IMG/VR virus record: IMGVR_UViG_3300050821_018287
Span: 1 to 64,000 of that record
DNA length: 64,000 bases
From: a virus
Strand: one strand, 5' to 3'
Positions 37,340-46,602 of this stretch are shown piece by piece (positions within the stretch are counted from its first letter, which is position 1; the number at the start of each line of letters is the position of its first letter). The translations under genes were made by a program, and so were the position numbers. The notes beneath the pieces are model-generated. The model was not told where the DNA came from. It saw nothing but the letters and a program-made list of their open reading frames with translations, and made no database searches.

Positions 37340-37990
37340 TCACAGCCCCGGGCATTCGTGCCCGATGCGATCTTGGAGACCTACCAGCGCCGGGTGGAAG
37401 TGGTGCTTCAGGGCTTCGTTGAACGCGCGAGCGCACCCCCACCCGTTCCGTCGACGCCACTTGAAGATCTCGTAGCCGGTCCGATCCTGCCCGTGGGAGC
37501 AATGAATTCCCACCCCCATCGAGCGGTAGAGGCTGATCAGCTCCTGAATCCGCTCGTCTTGAGCGGAGGACGGGCCCTGGACGTCCTGCTGCACGTCCTG
37601 AACGATGTTGGTCCCGTCGAAGGGTGGGATGGGGAGCTTGATGAGGGAGATCCCCGCCTCCACCGCCAGCTCGTCGCTCCCCTCGTCGTCGGAGTTGAGC
37701 TTGACGATGACGTGGACGTTGTAGTTGTCGTGGAGGTACTTCCACGGCTCCAGGCCCGCCTTCGGATCCGGCTGACCGAAGCGGACCACCGCCGGCTTCC
37801 CCGCGTCGCCCCACTCCACGACGTCGAGGTTGGGAACGCCGTGCACGTAGCGCATCGGGGAGCACGCGCCCAGAACCATCGCCAGTACCGCCACCCACCC
37901 CGTCAACCAGCGCGGGTGGAGATTGAACTCCGAGAAGATGCGCGCGTTTTCCAGCATGCTCAGCCCCAGTCGTCGATCCTTCGCCGTCAT
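37340..37990 (-). CDS. protein-tyrosine / dual-specificity phosphatase, probable lipoprotein
   Basis: HCSHGQDRTG CX5R loop; VLAMVLGAC lipobox-like segment; start uncertain. Confidence 0.85.
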   Translation of the reverse strand: MTAKDRRLGLSMLENARIFSEFNLHPRWLTGWVAVLAMVLGACSPMRYVHGVPNLDVVEWGDAGKPAVVRFGQPDPKAGLEPWKYLHDNYNVHVIVKLNSDDEGSDELAVEAGISLIKLPIPPFDGTNIVQDVQQDVQGPSSAQDERIQELISLYRSMGVGIHCSHGQDRTGYEIFKWRRRNGWGCARAFNEALKHHFHPALVGLQDRIGHECPGL

Positions 37991-38400
37991 CGCAAAGCCT
38001 CCAGGATGAACTTGAACCGCTCGGTGTCGTTGGGGAGGTTCTGGAGCCACTGGCGCACCGCCTCCGCGGACATCGGCGCCTTCTTCCACAGAGTCAGCTC
38101 GCAGTAGTTGGAGAGCTGCTCCAACGACGCCCGCGCCGGCTCTCCTGCCACCGCCACACCGATCGACGTGAGCGAGCCGGCCATCTGCCCGTCCGTCTCG
38201 ACGATCGCCTTGTACGCGTAGCCGAGCGTGTCGAGGCCGGCCTTGAACTTCAGCATCCGCTCCTTCGTGCCGACGAGGATGGTCGCGCGCTCGTCCTCGG
38301 TGGGACGCACAAAGGGTGCCTCTCGCGCCGCGTGGGCGAGCTGGGCCAAGAGCTGACCCCCGTTCAACTTGTCCCGGAGCACCGCAAAGAAAAACGTCAC
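37987..38400 (-). CDS. Pth2-like peptidyl-tRNA hydrolase
   Basis: FAVLRDKLNGGQLLAQLAHAA...ILV...ETDG....TSIGV matches the Pth2 pattern (xxR.Dl..G...AQ..HA ... E.D..T..G). Confidence 0.7.
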   Translation of the reverse strand: MTFFFAVLRDKLNGGQLLAQLAHAAREAPFVRPTEDERATILVGTKERMLKFKAGLDTLGYAYKAIVETDGQMAGSLTSIGVAVAGEPARASLEQLSNYCELTLWKKAPMSAEAVRQWLQNLPNDTERFKFILEALR

Positions 38401-39488
38401 AGGTCCACCTGCCTCCCCCCGCGCATCTCCCAGGCGGGAACTCCCCACCCCGGGCGCCAAGGCGCGAGAATGGCCCTATCATTGGGCCGGTTCGGGGGAA
38501 AAAGCCACTGCTTCCCCCACATCTTCGTGTCCACGTCCGGATCCCTCGGCATCGTGAACGAGACGCCCGCCGGGACCGCCTGACCGTGCATGGCGATGGA
38601 GTCGGCCCCCACCCGGTCGTCGAGCGGAGCGTAGGTGGCGTCGTCCACGTGCTCGCTCCAGCGCGTACGCAAGTCCTCCAGCTCCTTCGCCGCCTCCACG
38701 AAACTGTCGTGATGCGATGCGTTGAAGGCCCAGGCCGTTTCCGTCCTGACGATGCGCTCCCCTTGCCACCACTCCGCCGCGGCCACCTCGGGGATCCGCG
38801 CGATGGCCTCTTCGGTGGTCTCCCCCGCCACCAGGGAGAGCGTGAGCTGATCGTGCACGTCCTCGAAGAGGCGCGTCCCCCACCGGGCCATCGACTTCCT
38901 GTGCATGTCGTCCAGCTCGGGCCGGCGCTTCTGGACGAGCGTCTGGAGCTTCACGGCCTCGTCGATTCGAAGGGGGACGGCGGCGCCGGTGAAGGTCTTC
39001 TCCAGCTTCCGCAAGTCCTTCGCGAAGGCTTCGATGGCTTCCGTCTGCGCCTCACGGGAGATGTCCCCCAGCTCTCCGGAAAGCTTCCGCGCGAGGAGCA
39101 CCTGGCCCTGTTTGATCTGCGCGAGCGCCACCTGGCGCTGGTAGGCGGTGAACGAATCCTTCATCCCGCTTCGCAGGACGGCGCGCAGCCGCGCCTCCAC
39201 CTCGCGGTACGCCTCGTCGTAGACCTTCTTCATCCGAGCCACCCCGCGGCGGTCCACGAGGCGATCCAACCGCGCGCGGTGCTCGTCCAGGACAGCTTCG
39301 TACGCTTTCGGCGCGTGGCCTTTGGCCGGCTTCAGCGCAGCCGCTGCCAGTTCGACGATCTGCCCGAGCCCGCCGCCCTGCGCGGCGCGGGTCTCGTCGA
39401 TCCACTTCTCAGCCGACTTGCGCGACGGGTGGTGGGAGGTGATCCACCCACCCGCCTTGTTCGCTACGCGCGCTTCGTACTTGTCCAC
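38397..39488 (-). CDS. minor head protein (Mu gpF / SPP1 gp7-like)
   Basis: ERIVRTETAWAFN, DDRV..DS..MHGQ, PPNRPNDR. Confidence 0.88.
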   Translation of the reverse strand: MDKYEARVANKAGGWITSHHPSRKSAEKWIDETRAAQGGGLGQIVELAAAALKPAKGHAPKAYEAVLDEHRARLDRLVDRRGVARMKKVYDEAYREVEARLRAVLRSGMKDSFTAYQRQVALAQIKQGQVLLARKLSGELGDISREAQTEAIEAFAKDLRKLEKTFTGAAVPLRIDEAVKLQTLVQKRRPELDDMHRKSMARWGTRLFEDVHDQLTLSLVAGETTEEAIARIPEVAAAEWWQGERIVRTETAWAFNASHHDSFVEAAKELEDLRTRWSEHVDDATYAPLDDRVGADSIAMHGQAVPAGVSFTMPRDPDVDTKMWGKQWLFPPNRPNDRAILAPWRPGWGVPAWEMRGGRQVDL

Positions 39489-39511
39489 GGCGGGCGACGG
39501 GGCGAGGCCAA

Positions 39512-39970
39512 CTACTCCTCGTCTTCGTCCTCACCCTCGTCGCCGCCCTCCTCGGAGCCTTCCTCCGAGTCTGGTTTGGTTTCCTCTTCCTCGTCACCCT
39601 CGCCGTCGAGGTCGCTGAACGCTTCCCACTCGTCCGGCGGAGTCGCTTCGCCGTCCTTCGGATCGAAGAGGTTGCAGCACCCCTTCTTCTCCGAGACGTA
39701 GGACTGGACCGCGGTGTTGGCGCAGTAGGCGCCCTCGATGAGGAAGCGGCAGTTGCCGCAGGAGAAGCCTTTCCCCTTCGCGCTCTCGATCTCCATGTAC
39801 CCCACGTGGGGCTCCTGGAGCCGGTGCTGCATCGCCTCGCGCGAGAGGTTGTCGGGCATGTCCAGCCCGGCGTCGCCCGCCGAACCTTCACCCTGCTCCG
39901 CGGGAGCGTCGAAGGCTTCCTGGCCCTCGCTCTCCGCGAAGTTTTGCAGCGCCAAAGGATTCAGTCCCAT
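39512..39970 (-). CDS. acidic protein with a HiPIP-like Cys motif
   Basis: CGNCRF-x6-C-x13-GCCNLF. Confidence 0.6.
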   Translation of the reverse strand: MGLNPLALQNFAESEGQEAFDAPAEQGEGSAGDAGLDMPDNLSREAMQHRLQEPHVGYMEIESAKGKGFSCGNCRFLIEGAYCANTAVQSYVSEKKGCCNLFDPKDGEATPPDEWEAFSDLDGEGDEEEETKPDSEEGSEEGGDEGEDEDEE

Positions 39971-39982
39971 GCTGCCTCCGGC

Positions 39983-40825
39983 TTACGGGAAGTTGATGAC
40001 GTCCCAGTCCACGGTCGAGGTGTCCGCGCCGGAGGAGCTGGTGATGATGAAGGAGCCGTTGCCCGAGCCGGGGGTGCGCGACGCAGCCGCGGCCTTCAGG
40101 TTGCCCTGGGTGCCTCCCACCGTGTTGGTGGTGAGGCCGATCACCGCGCCGGCCGCGAGCCACTGGTTGCTGATGGTGATGGACCCCGCGGTCATCGCCG
40201 CCGACGTCCCCTTCACCGCCGCCGGCATGAAGGCCATCGACGTGGTGCCGATCACCATCGCGCCGTTGGTGGTGATGACCCAACGGCTCTTGTTCCAGAG
40301 AGTGCCTTCCGAAACGCGGATCTCGCTGGCACCGTGGATGAAACCGGTGGCCCAGTCGATCGCGCGCTGGAGCTGCCACGGAGTGGAAGCGGAGCCGAGC
40401 GAGAGGACGTTGTAGACGCCGTTGTCCACGCCCGCCGCGCCGACCGCGAGGAGGACACGATCCCCCACCGCCAACGTCACGCCGTCCTGCGCCGCCAGGG
40501 CGCCGTTCGCGTTCGCCGTCAGCAACCCCAGCACCCCCAACAGGCCGTTGTTGGTGTAGGCGGGGAGGGCGGTGGCGATGGCCGCGCGGACGCCGAGCGC
40601 CGTGCTCGCCGCGCCGCCCGCCACCGGGAAGATGACTCCGGGCTCGAAGTCGGGGACCTGGCTCAGCTCCAGGAAAGTCGAGGGCGGGTTGCCCAGGGCC
40701 GCCTGAACGTTCGCGAGCAAGTCCTGGACGATGACGCTGCCACCCGGCTGAAGGGTCGGGTTGGGGCCGTAGATGTCGGGGATGCCAACGGGGAAGCCAG
40801 TGTGGTTGCGGACGAGCACGGCCAT
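39983..40825 (-). CDS. head fibre / decoration-like protein
   Basis: DGVTLAVGDRVLL...NGVY...WQLQRAID motif. Confidence 0.7.
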   Translation of the reverse strand: MAVLVRNHTGFPVGIPDIYGPNPTLQPGGSVIVQDLLANVQAALGNPPSTFLELSQVPDFEPGVIFPVAGGAASTALGVRAAIATALPAYTNNGLLGVLGLLTANANGALAAQDGVTLAVGDRVLLAVGAAGVDNGVYNVLSLGSASTPWQLQRAIDWATGFIHGASEIRVSEGTLWNKSRWVITTNGAMVIGTTSMAFMPAAVKGTSAAMTAGSITISNQWLAAGAVIGLTTNTVGGTQGNLKAAAASRTPGSGNGSFIITSSSGADTSTVDWDVINFP

Positions 40826-40855
40826 GAGTTTGGTCTCCGGGAGAGGGTGCGAGCT

Positions 40856-41278
40856 TCAGCGCTGATCCGACTGCTTATCACCTTCGGGCTTGACTTGGGA
40901 AGAGTCATCCCCATCCTCGCGCGCCTCTTCGTGGATGTCGTCGTGGCACTTGTCGCAGATGACGGCGATGTTGTTGGGGTCGTTGGAGTGGCCCTTCTTG
41001 GAGAGCCACTTCGACTTCACGATCCCGCCCTTGTGGTGGAGGGAGAGGTTTTCCCGCAGGCCGCAGCGCTTGCACCGGTACTCGTCCCGCCGGAACACCC
41101 CCAGGACGAGCGACGAGGGCAGCCCACCCTTCCCCTCGTTCGCCAGCGTCGCGCCGTGCTCCTCCGCCTCCGCGAGGAGCTTCTTGTACGCGCGCTGCTC
41201 CCCCGGGCCGTCTTCCTTCTCCTTCTTCTTCTCGGGCTTCTCGGTGGACTTCATCCACCGGTGGGTCAGCTCGCTCAC
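40856..41278 (-). CDS. HNH endonuclease
   Basis: VFRRDEYRCKRCG...LHH...NDPNNIAVICDKCHDDIH. Confidence 0.9.
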   Translation of the reverse strand: MSELTHRWMKSTEKPEKKKEKEDGPGEQRAYKKLLAEAEEHGATLANEGKGGLPSSLVLGVFRRDEYRCKRCGLRENLSLHHKGGIVKSKWLSKKGHSNDPNNIAVICDKCHDDIHEEAREDGDDSSQVKPEGDKQSDQR

Positions 41279-41682
41279 GTACCCACCTTGTCCTGCGTCC
41301 CGTCCCAGACGAATTCCCCCTCAGCTCCGACGGGGAAATGGGCGTGGCACCCGACACAGAAGGTGGAGCCGTAAAACTGCGGATTTCGGGCGTACGTCTC
41401 GGCGATGGCCTGTCCCATCCGCGTCACCACCCCGCACTTCGTGTGGATGTAGCTGTTGCGCACGGGACGGACGAAACCCTTCGCGCGCTCCTCCTCGGAG
41501 AGGATGTAGTACGCCTCGTGCTGTCCGTCCGGGCGCGCGGGCGCGGGCACGCCCTTGTCCTCGAAGCCGGGGCGCGGAGGGAGCCCGTCCGTCGTCGCCC
41601 GACCGACGAGCCGCTGTCTCGCGTCTTCCGCCTTCCGTTTCGCGTCGTCTTCCACCATCCGCCTCCAGCGCTCGCGGCTCAC
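41275..41682 (-). CDS. Zn-binding phage hypothetical protein
   Basis: FVRPVR.SYIH..CG..T.M...IAETYARNP.FYG.TFCVGC. Confidence 0.75.
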   Translation of the reverse strand: MSRERWRRMVEDDAKRKAEDARQRLVGRATTDGLPPRPGFEDKGVPAPARPDGQHEAYYILSEEERAKGFVRPVRNSYIHTKCGVVTRMGQAIAETYARNPQFYGSTFCVGCHAHFPVGAEGEFVWDGTQDKVGT

Positions 41683-42083
41683 GCGAGTTGTGAATTGATG
41701 GGCACTTGCGACACGGGACTCATCTTCGGGGGCCCGCGATCGATGTCGACGAGAACCCAACTCGGTCCTTTCGCCGCCTGCTTTTCGGCGGTCACCTTGC
41801 ACCGGTCGCAGGCGTAGATGTTGGAGATCAACAGCATCTCCCCGTTGACGGTTTTCACCGTCGGGAGGAAGGGCCCATTGGGGTTCATCGCCATCAGCCG
41901 CGCCACCAGGCCCGGGTTCCTCTTCACCATCTCGTCGACCGGAGCGAAAGTCTTGATGCGGATGGCCGGGGGGCCTCCGCACCCGAGACACTTCCCGCCC
42001 GCGAAGGCAAGGCGCCGGTGCATCTCTTCGGGCGTCTCCTTCCCGTCAGCGAATTTCTTGATGTGGTGGACTTTCTGTTTCAC
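41679..42083 (-). CDS. Zn-finger hypothetical protein
   Basis: CLGC and CDRC pairs; GTGA overlap. Confidence 0.7.
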   Translation of the reverse strand: MKQKVHHIKKFADGKETPEEMHRRLAFAGGKCLGCGGPPAIRIKTFAPVDEMVKRNPGLVARLMAMNPNGPFLPTVKTVNGEMLLISNIYACDRCKVTAEKQAAKGPSWVLVDIDRGPPKMSPVSQVPINSQLA

Positions 42084-42541
42084 GCGCTGCCCCCTGTCGC
42101 CCCTAGGTATACCCGCTCGCCGAAAGCCCGTCCAATCTCCTCCCAGTTCATCGCCGTCGGGCCGCTTCCGCAGCGCAGCGCCTTGTCGTCGATGAAGAGA
42201 TCCAGGCCGCTCTTGTCTGCCGTAACGGCGGAGAAAACGCCCGGCACCTCCCGGTGTACGAAGTCGAGCATCTGGAGATAGCGGATGATGTGAAGCTCGT
42301 ACTCGTCGTCCTCCGGGTACCAGGGCTCGAAGTCGTCGCGCAGGGTGAGGGTGTAGGTGTTCTCCCCGGTGAGGAGCCGCTTCGAGGCGCGGGAGCTGAA
42401 GAGGACGAGCACGTGTCCCGCGGCGGCGAGCGACAGGAGGCCGTCCTTGGCGTCGGGGAGCCACTCCAGCGGAGTCGTCACGTCCTCGTAGGCCGTGTCC
42501 TGCCTGACGAGCGTCTTGTCGAAATCAACCCCGATCCGCAT
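42080..42541 (-). CDS. HAD-superfamily phosphatase
   Basis: DFDKTL (motif I), SSR (motif II), DLFIDDKA (motif IV). Confidence 0.85.
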   Translation of the reverse strand: MRIGVDFDKTLVRQDTAYEDVTTPLEWLPDAKDGLLSLAAAGHVLVLFSSRASKRLLTGENTYTLTLRDDFEPWYPEDDEYELHIIRYLQMLDFVHREVPGVFSAVTADKSGLDLFIDDKALRCGSGPTAMNWEEIGRAFGERVYLGATGGSA

Positions 42542-42698
42542 TCGCCTTTTCCATCCGCTCCAGCTCGTGCCTCAGCCACTTCGAAACCGTCTCGGGATCC
42601 TTCCCCGTCTTCTCCTCCAGCGTCTTCAACGTCCGGTGCAGGGTACGAATGAGCGCGCCCCGGAGCCCGTAGAGCTGGACGAGCGATTCACCTTCCAC
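42525..42698 (-). CDS. 57-aa helical hypothetical protein, absent from the ORF track
   Basis: Fills the gap: MEGESLVQLYGLRGALIRTLHRTLKTLEEKTGKDPETVSKWLRHELERMEKANADRG. Confidence 0.45.
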   Translation of the reverse strand: MEGESLVQLYGLRGALIRTLHRTLKTLEEKTGKDPETVSKWLRHELERMEKANADRG

Positions 42699-42702
42699 CG
42701 AG

Positions 42703-43077
42703 CTACTGCCTCCGAACGATGGCCTTCACCCTCCACTTTACTTGAACCGTCGGAAAGCCGGGACTCGCGGTGTGGGCGGAGAGGCGCCAGTAGCTGGCGA
42801 GCGGATTGGGCCCAATCTCGAAGGAGCACTGGGAGAGCGGCGGCGCGGTGGCTGTCTGGGTCTTCCCAGTCACCGGATCCGAGTCGGGCGAAACCCCGTC
42901 CTCGCTCCGGTCCAGGATGACCGTCAGGGGATTCGCCGCGTCGAGGTTGACCACCGCAAAGAGGAGCCCGCCGGTGTGCGGCCAGCTCGTGAAAGGGAGG
43001 AGCGCCGTCAACACCGACACGCTCACCGGCGCGGAGAAGTCGATGAGGATGTCGGTGTCGCTGTAGGGGAGCGTCAC
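42703..43077 (-). CDS. beta-sandwich hypothetical protein
   Basis: GTGA overlap; SEDG...YWRL. Confidence 0.6.
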   Translation of the reverse strand: MTLPYSDTDILIDFSAPVSVSVLTALLPFTSWPHTGGLLFAVVNLDAANPLTVILDRSEDGVSPDSDPVTGKTQTATAPPLSQCSFEIGPNPLASYWRLSAHTASPGFPTVQVKWRVKAIVRRQ

Positions 43078-43310
43078 GCGAGGAGCTTCCTCATCATCTC
43101 CCGGAAGCCCCAAGGCTCGGGCCGGTGGGCCTGGAAGAGGGCGCGCTGGACGCGCTGGAAGATGGCGGTGCGCCGCTGGTCCATGTCGTAGCGGCGCGGA
43201 CGGAAGCCTTTGCTGGTGGGCTTCTCGTCGAGGAGGGCCAGCTCATGGCGGATCTGCTCCTGGGCCTGCCGCAGGACAATCCCCAGGAGCGGCTTTCGGA
43301 TGAAGATCAC
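43074..43310 (-). CDS. hypothetical protein
   Basis: Overlapping start and stop codons on both sides. Confidence 0.55.
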   Translation of the reverse strand: MIFIRKPLLGIVLRQAQEQIRHELALLDEKPTSKGFRPRRYDMDQRRTAIFQRVQRALFQAHRPEPWGFREMMRKLLA

Positions 43311-43582
43311 GGGGTGACTGTCGTCACCTTGAACTTCATTCCGGCGATGTCGCTCTTGAAATCCGTCTCCATGTACACACCGGTCACGACGCAGTACACC
43401 CACCCGTTGCCGGTGTTGAAGGCGAAGTTGACCACCGCACCGAGCAACACCTGATAGAGGACGGTGATTGCGCCTCCGGCCGCGGTGAAGATTGCCTCCG
43501 CCTCCGCCTTGGAGGTGGTGATGGTGCTGGCGTGGACCGAAAGCGAGAACAGCAACGCTGCAAGCAGGAAAAACCGTTTCAT
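43307..43582 (-). CDS. exported protein
   Basis: MKRFFLLAALLFSLSVHA signal peptide; GGAGG RBS. Confidence 0.75.
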   Translation of the reverse strand: MKRFFLLAALLFSLSVHASTITTSKAEAEAIFTAAGGAITVLYQVLLGAVVNFAFNTGNGWVYCVVTGVYMETDFKSDIAGMKFKVTTVTP

Positions 43583-43596
43583 TGAGAACCTCCAGT

Positions 43597-44055
43597 TTAC
43601 GGCGCGCAGTAGTAGCAGGCGGAGAGGTTGAAGGAGACGGAGGCGATCGCCGCGTTGCTCACGATCGTCGTCGCCAGGGCGTTGCTCACGGCCTTGATTG
43701 GGGTGGCCGGGATGCGCGAGTTGTTGGCGATGATTCCGGCGGTCGCGGTGACGGCCGACTGGAGCGCGAGCCCGTTCAGGTTGGTGGTGGTGGTGGTCGC
43801 GAGCCCCGCGGTCGGCGCGGCGGAGGTGGCCACGTCGGACCAGATCCCCGTGATGTAGGCGTACTGGCCGCCGGGGCAGATTGGGATGGTGATGGTCTGC
43901 TGGGTGGTGCCCTGCGCGTTGAGGCAGATCGCCGCGTCGTTGCGCGTGGACGACTGCGCCACGAGAGTCGCGCCCGGAGGGAGGATGTCGCCACGCGCGA
44001 GCATCGGCAGAGCGAGGAGGGAGATGAGGATCGCGTAACGCTTCCAGTTCTTCAT
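43597..44055 (-). CDS. exported Thr/Ala-rich protein
   Basis: MKNWKRYAILISLLALPMLARG signal peptide. Confidence 0.75.
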   Translation of the reverse strand: MKNWKRYAILISLLALPMLARGDILPPGATLVAQSSTRNDAAICLNAQGTTQQTITIPICPGGQYAYITGIWSDVATSAAPTAGLATTTTTNLNGLALQSAVTATAGIIANNSRIPATPIKAVSNALATTIVSNAAIASVSFNLSACYYCAP

Positions 44056-44066
44056 GTGCTTCTCCT

Positions 44067-46388
44067 TCAGGGTTGGCAGTTGGAGCGGCGGACAGCATTA
44101 CACCGCTGGAGCAGCGGATTCAAAGGCTGAAGGACGACGTTGGTTACGCCGCTCCACGGTAGGGAATTGGACGCCTGGCTCGGGAGGAACGGGTCCAAGC
44201 CCGTAGCCACGACGAGCCCGCCGCGCTGCGCGGATTGCGCCTGGGCCACTTGTCCCGGGGAGAGCGACGGCTGAGGAACGTTGTAGACGCCCGCCACTAG
44301 CGCCGGGTACGCCTGGGCTTGAAGCTCGATGGCTGCGGTCTGGAGGAATGTGTCGGAGCCGTTGGTGCCGATGGTGAGGGTACCGGAAGTTGTCGAGGCG
44401 ACGGTTGAGTGCGCCGTCCCGAAGGAGTTGCCGTTGCCGACGTCCTGAGAGGTGACGTCGAAGGTGGTGGTGGAGAGCGTCGTCCCCGGGAGGCCCACAC
44501 CGGTATTACCGTCCACGAAGGCTGCGATGACCCAGGAGCCGGCCTGGACGCTGAGCGCAGTCGAGTCCACCGGAAGCGCCGCCCCGGACACCCAACTGCG
44601 CCCGCCCTTCGCGCCGACGGTCTGGCTCGCGTTCGCGAAGGAGTAGATGCTGAACTCCCCGGAGAGCAGGACGGTGGCGGAGTTGGTGGCGGTGATGGTG
44701 TCGTTGATGAGGGTGCTGGCGGAGTACGCGGTCCAGACGGCCGCGCCCGCGGCGTTGGGAGACTCGATGTTCTCCACCTGCTTCGTCCAGGTCAGGCCCG
44801 CCGCGTCGGAGATGGTGACGGGGTAGACCGTCGTCCCAGCGGCGGCGAAAGTGACCGCCACCACCAATACTCGTCCCGCGCCTCCCGTCGAGAAGGCGGC
44901 GGAAGTGAGCGTCCGGGTGTTGACCCGGTTGAGCGTTGCGTTGACGGGAAAACCGGTATCAAGCGTCGGTGAGGGCGCAGTGCCCGAGGAGACGGGCCCA
45001 CCCACGATGAACGGCCCCATCCCCGCATTCGCCGTCACCGTCCCCGTCACCGAAGCCGTTCCGCCGTCGAGCGTCACCGCGTGTGGCTGGACGGGGATGG
45101 CCTGGGAGATGTGGTCAACATCCGTGGCCACGCGCCCGTCGAGCCCTTTTGGGAGCTTCGTGGAAGCGGAGAGCGCGGCGAGCTGATTCTGGACCGCGGC
45201 GAGCTGCGCCTGAAGCTGCGCCAGGCTCACCCCCGCGTCGAAGTCCTGCGTGGCCTGGACCGCGGGGAAGGAGTCTGACGACACGGTGACGCGCGGCACT
45301 CCCGCTCCGCTCGCTCCCGTCCCAGTAACCACAGGGTTTCCCCCGAATTGAGTGACGTTGGTGCTGGCGTTGGCGGGCGGTGACGTCGTGACGGTCCCGG
45401 AGACCGGGACGGGCTGCCCGCCGGAAACCCCCTGAATCGTCTCCACAGTCGTGGACGGGCTCCCAGCCGTGCCTTGGACCGCGGTCTGGTTGGCGGCGGT
45501 GGCCGCGCCGGTGGGCAGAGGAAGGGAGGACGCGGAGATTGGCTGAGTCGTCGTCCCCGTCGGGTCCACACGTACTGGGTGCGCCGCCGTCCCAAGCACA
45601 TTCGTCCCGTCGGTCACCTCGACCGGCCAGGAGTTGGCCGCGGTGTTGGGGGTGCCTTGGTTCGCCGTTACCGTCCCACTCACTGGCTGAGTCCCGGGGA
45701 AGTTGGACACCGAGACGGATCCGAGCGCATTCGAGCCGGCTGGGAGGGGTGAGTTGGGGCTGAGACCCACGACGAGCGCCGGATCCGCGGCTGCCGCGGC
45801 CGTGCTCGCCGCCTTCACTGCCACCGGCCCGTTGGTCCCGTCGGTGAGTTTCTGGGGCCAGGCATTCGCGAGGGTGTTGGGGGAGCCCTGGTTGTCCGTC
45901 ACGGTCCAGGAGCCACTCTGGGAGACGCTCCAGGGCGGAGTGCCCTGCTGGACTGTCCACGTCCCGGATTGCGTCACACTCCAGGCGCCTCCGCCCTGAA
46001 GGACGGTGAGCCGGCCGGAGGCGTCGATGGAGAGCTGATTCGTGCCGCCGGAGTCGAGGAGCTTGACGCTCCAGGTGCCCGACTGGAGTGACGCCACCGG
46101 GAGCGGGTTGGCAGCGGACACCCCCACGAGGTTCCCGCCGGAATTGAAGCCGGTGTAGTTGGCGTCAGCCGGCACTGCCGCGCCCGTTGCGCTGGAGGCG
46201 TTGTCTCCGCCACCCCCTCCACCGCCCGCGCTCGTCTTCAGCGTACCGTCCGCGGCGACCGAGGCGCACTGCGGGGGGCTCGCCGTCGCGTCGCAGATCT
46301 TCGTGAGCTGGATCTGCGGTTGCTGCGCGAGCGCGGCCAGGCCCAGGAGCAGACTAAGGGCGGCGAGACGTGAGGCGCAGCTCATCAT
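44067..46388 (-). CDS. large exported repetitive fibre-like protein
   Basis: Signal peptide RLAALSLLLGLAALA; QSGTW / VSGTVTANQG / VTDGT repeats; short coiled coil; C-terminal beta domain. Confidence 0.75.
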   Translation of the reverse strand: MMSCASRLAALSLLLGLAALAQQPQIQLTKICDATASPPQCASVAADGTLKTSAGGGGGGGDNASSATGAAVPADANYTGFNSGGNLVGVSAANPLPVASLQSGTWSVKLLDSGGTNQLSIDASGRLTVLQGGGAWSVTQSGTWTVQQGTPPWSVSQSGSWTVTDNQGSPNTLANAWPQKLTDGTNGPVAVKAASTAAAAADPALVVGLSPNSPLPAGSNALGSVSVSNFPGTQPVSGTVTANQGTPNTAANSWPVEVTDGTNVLGTAAHPVRVDPTGTTTQPISASSLPLPTGAATAANQTAVQGTAGSPSTTVETIQGVSGGQPVPVSGTVTTSPPANASTNVTQFGGNPVVTGTGASGAGVPRVTVSSDSFPAVQATQDFDAGVSLAQLQAQLAAVQNQLAALSASTKLPKGLDGRVATDVDHISQAIPVQPHAVTLDGGTASVTGTVTANAGMGPFIVGGPVSSGTAPSPTLDTGFPVNATLNRVNTRTLTSAAFSTGGAGRVLVVAVTFAAAGTTVYPVTISDAAGLTWTKQVENIESPNAAGAAVWTAYSASTLINDTITATNSATVLLSGEFSIYSFANASQTVGAKGGRSWVSGAALPVDSTALSVQAGSWVIAAFVDGNTGVGLPGTTLSTTTFDVTSQDVGNGNSFGTAHSTVASTTSGTLTIGTNGSDTFLQTAAIELQAQAYPALVAGVYNVPQPSLSPGQVAQAQSAQRGGLVVATGLDPFLPSQASNSLPWSGVTNVVLQPLNPLLQRCNAVRRSNCQP

Positions 46389-46602
46389 CCCGACTTTCGT
46401 ACCACGTCTGGAGAGCGTGCGCACGACGGTCCAACGGTACAACCTGCGTCTGTAGGAGATCCACATCCACCCTCAGCCGAGCATTCTCATCCCGCTTCGA
46501 CTGGATCTCCTCTTGACGCGCTGCGTCCCGCCCGAGGATGAAGCCGCCAAAGCCCGCGGCGCCGGCCAACGCGAAGGCCACCAGCACCCCCCAGCCATTC
46601 AT
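46354..46602 (-). CDS. membrane-anchored coiled-coil protein
   Basis: N-terminal TM followed by a coiled coil; ATGA overlap with the portal stop. Confidence 0.6.
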   Translation of the reverse strand: MNGWGVLVAFALAGAAGFGGFILGRDAARQEEIQSKRDENARLRVDVDLLQTQVVPLDRRAHALQTWYESRDDELRLTSRRP

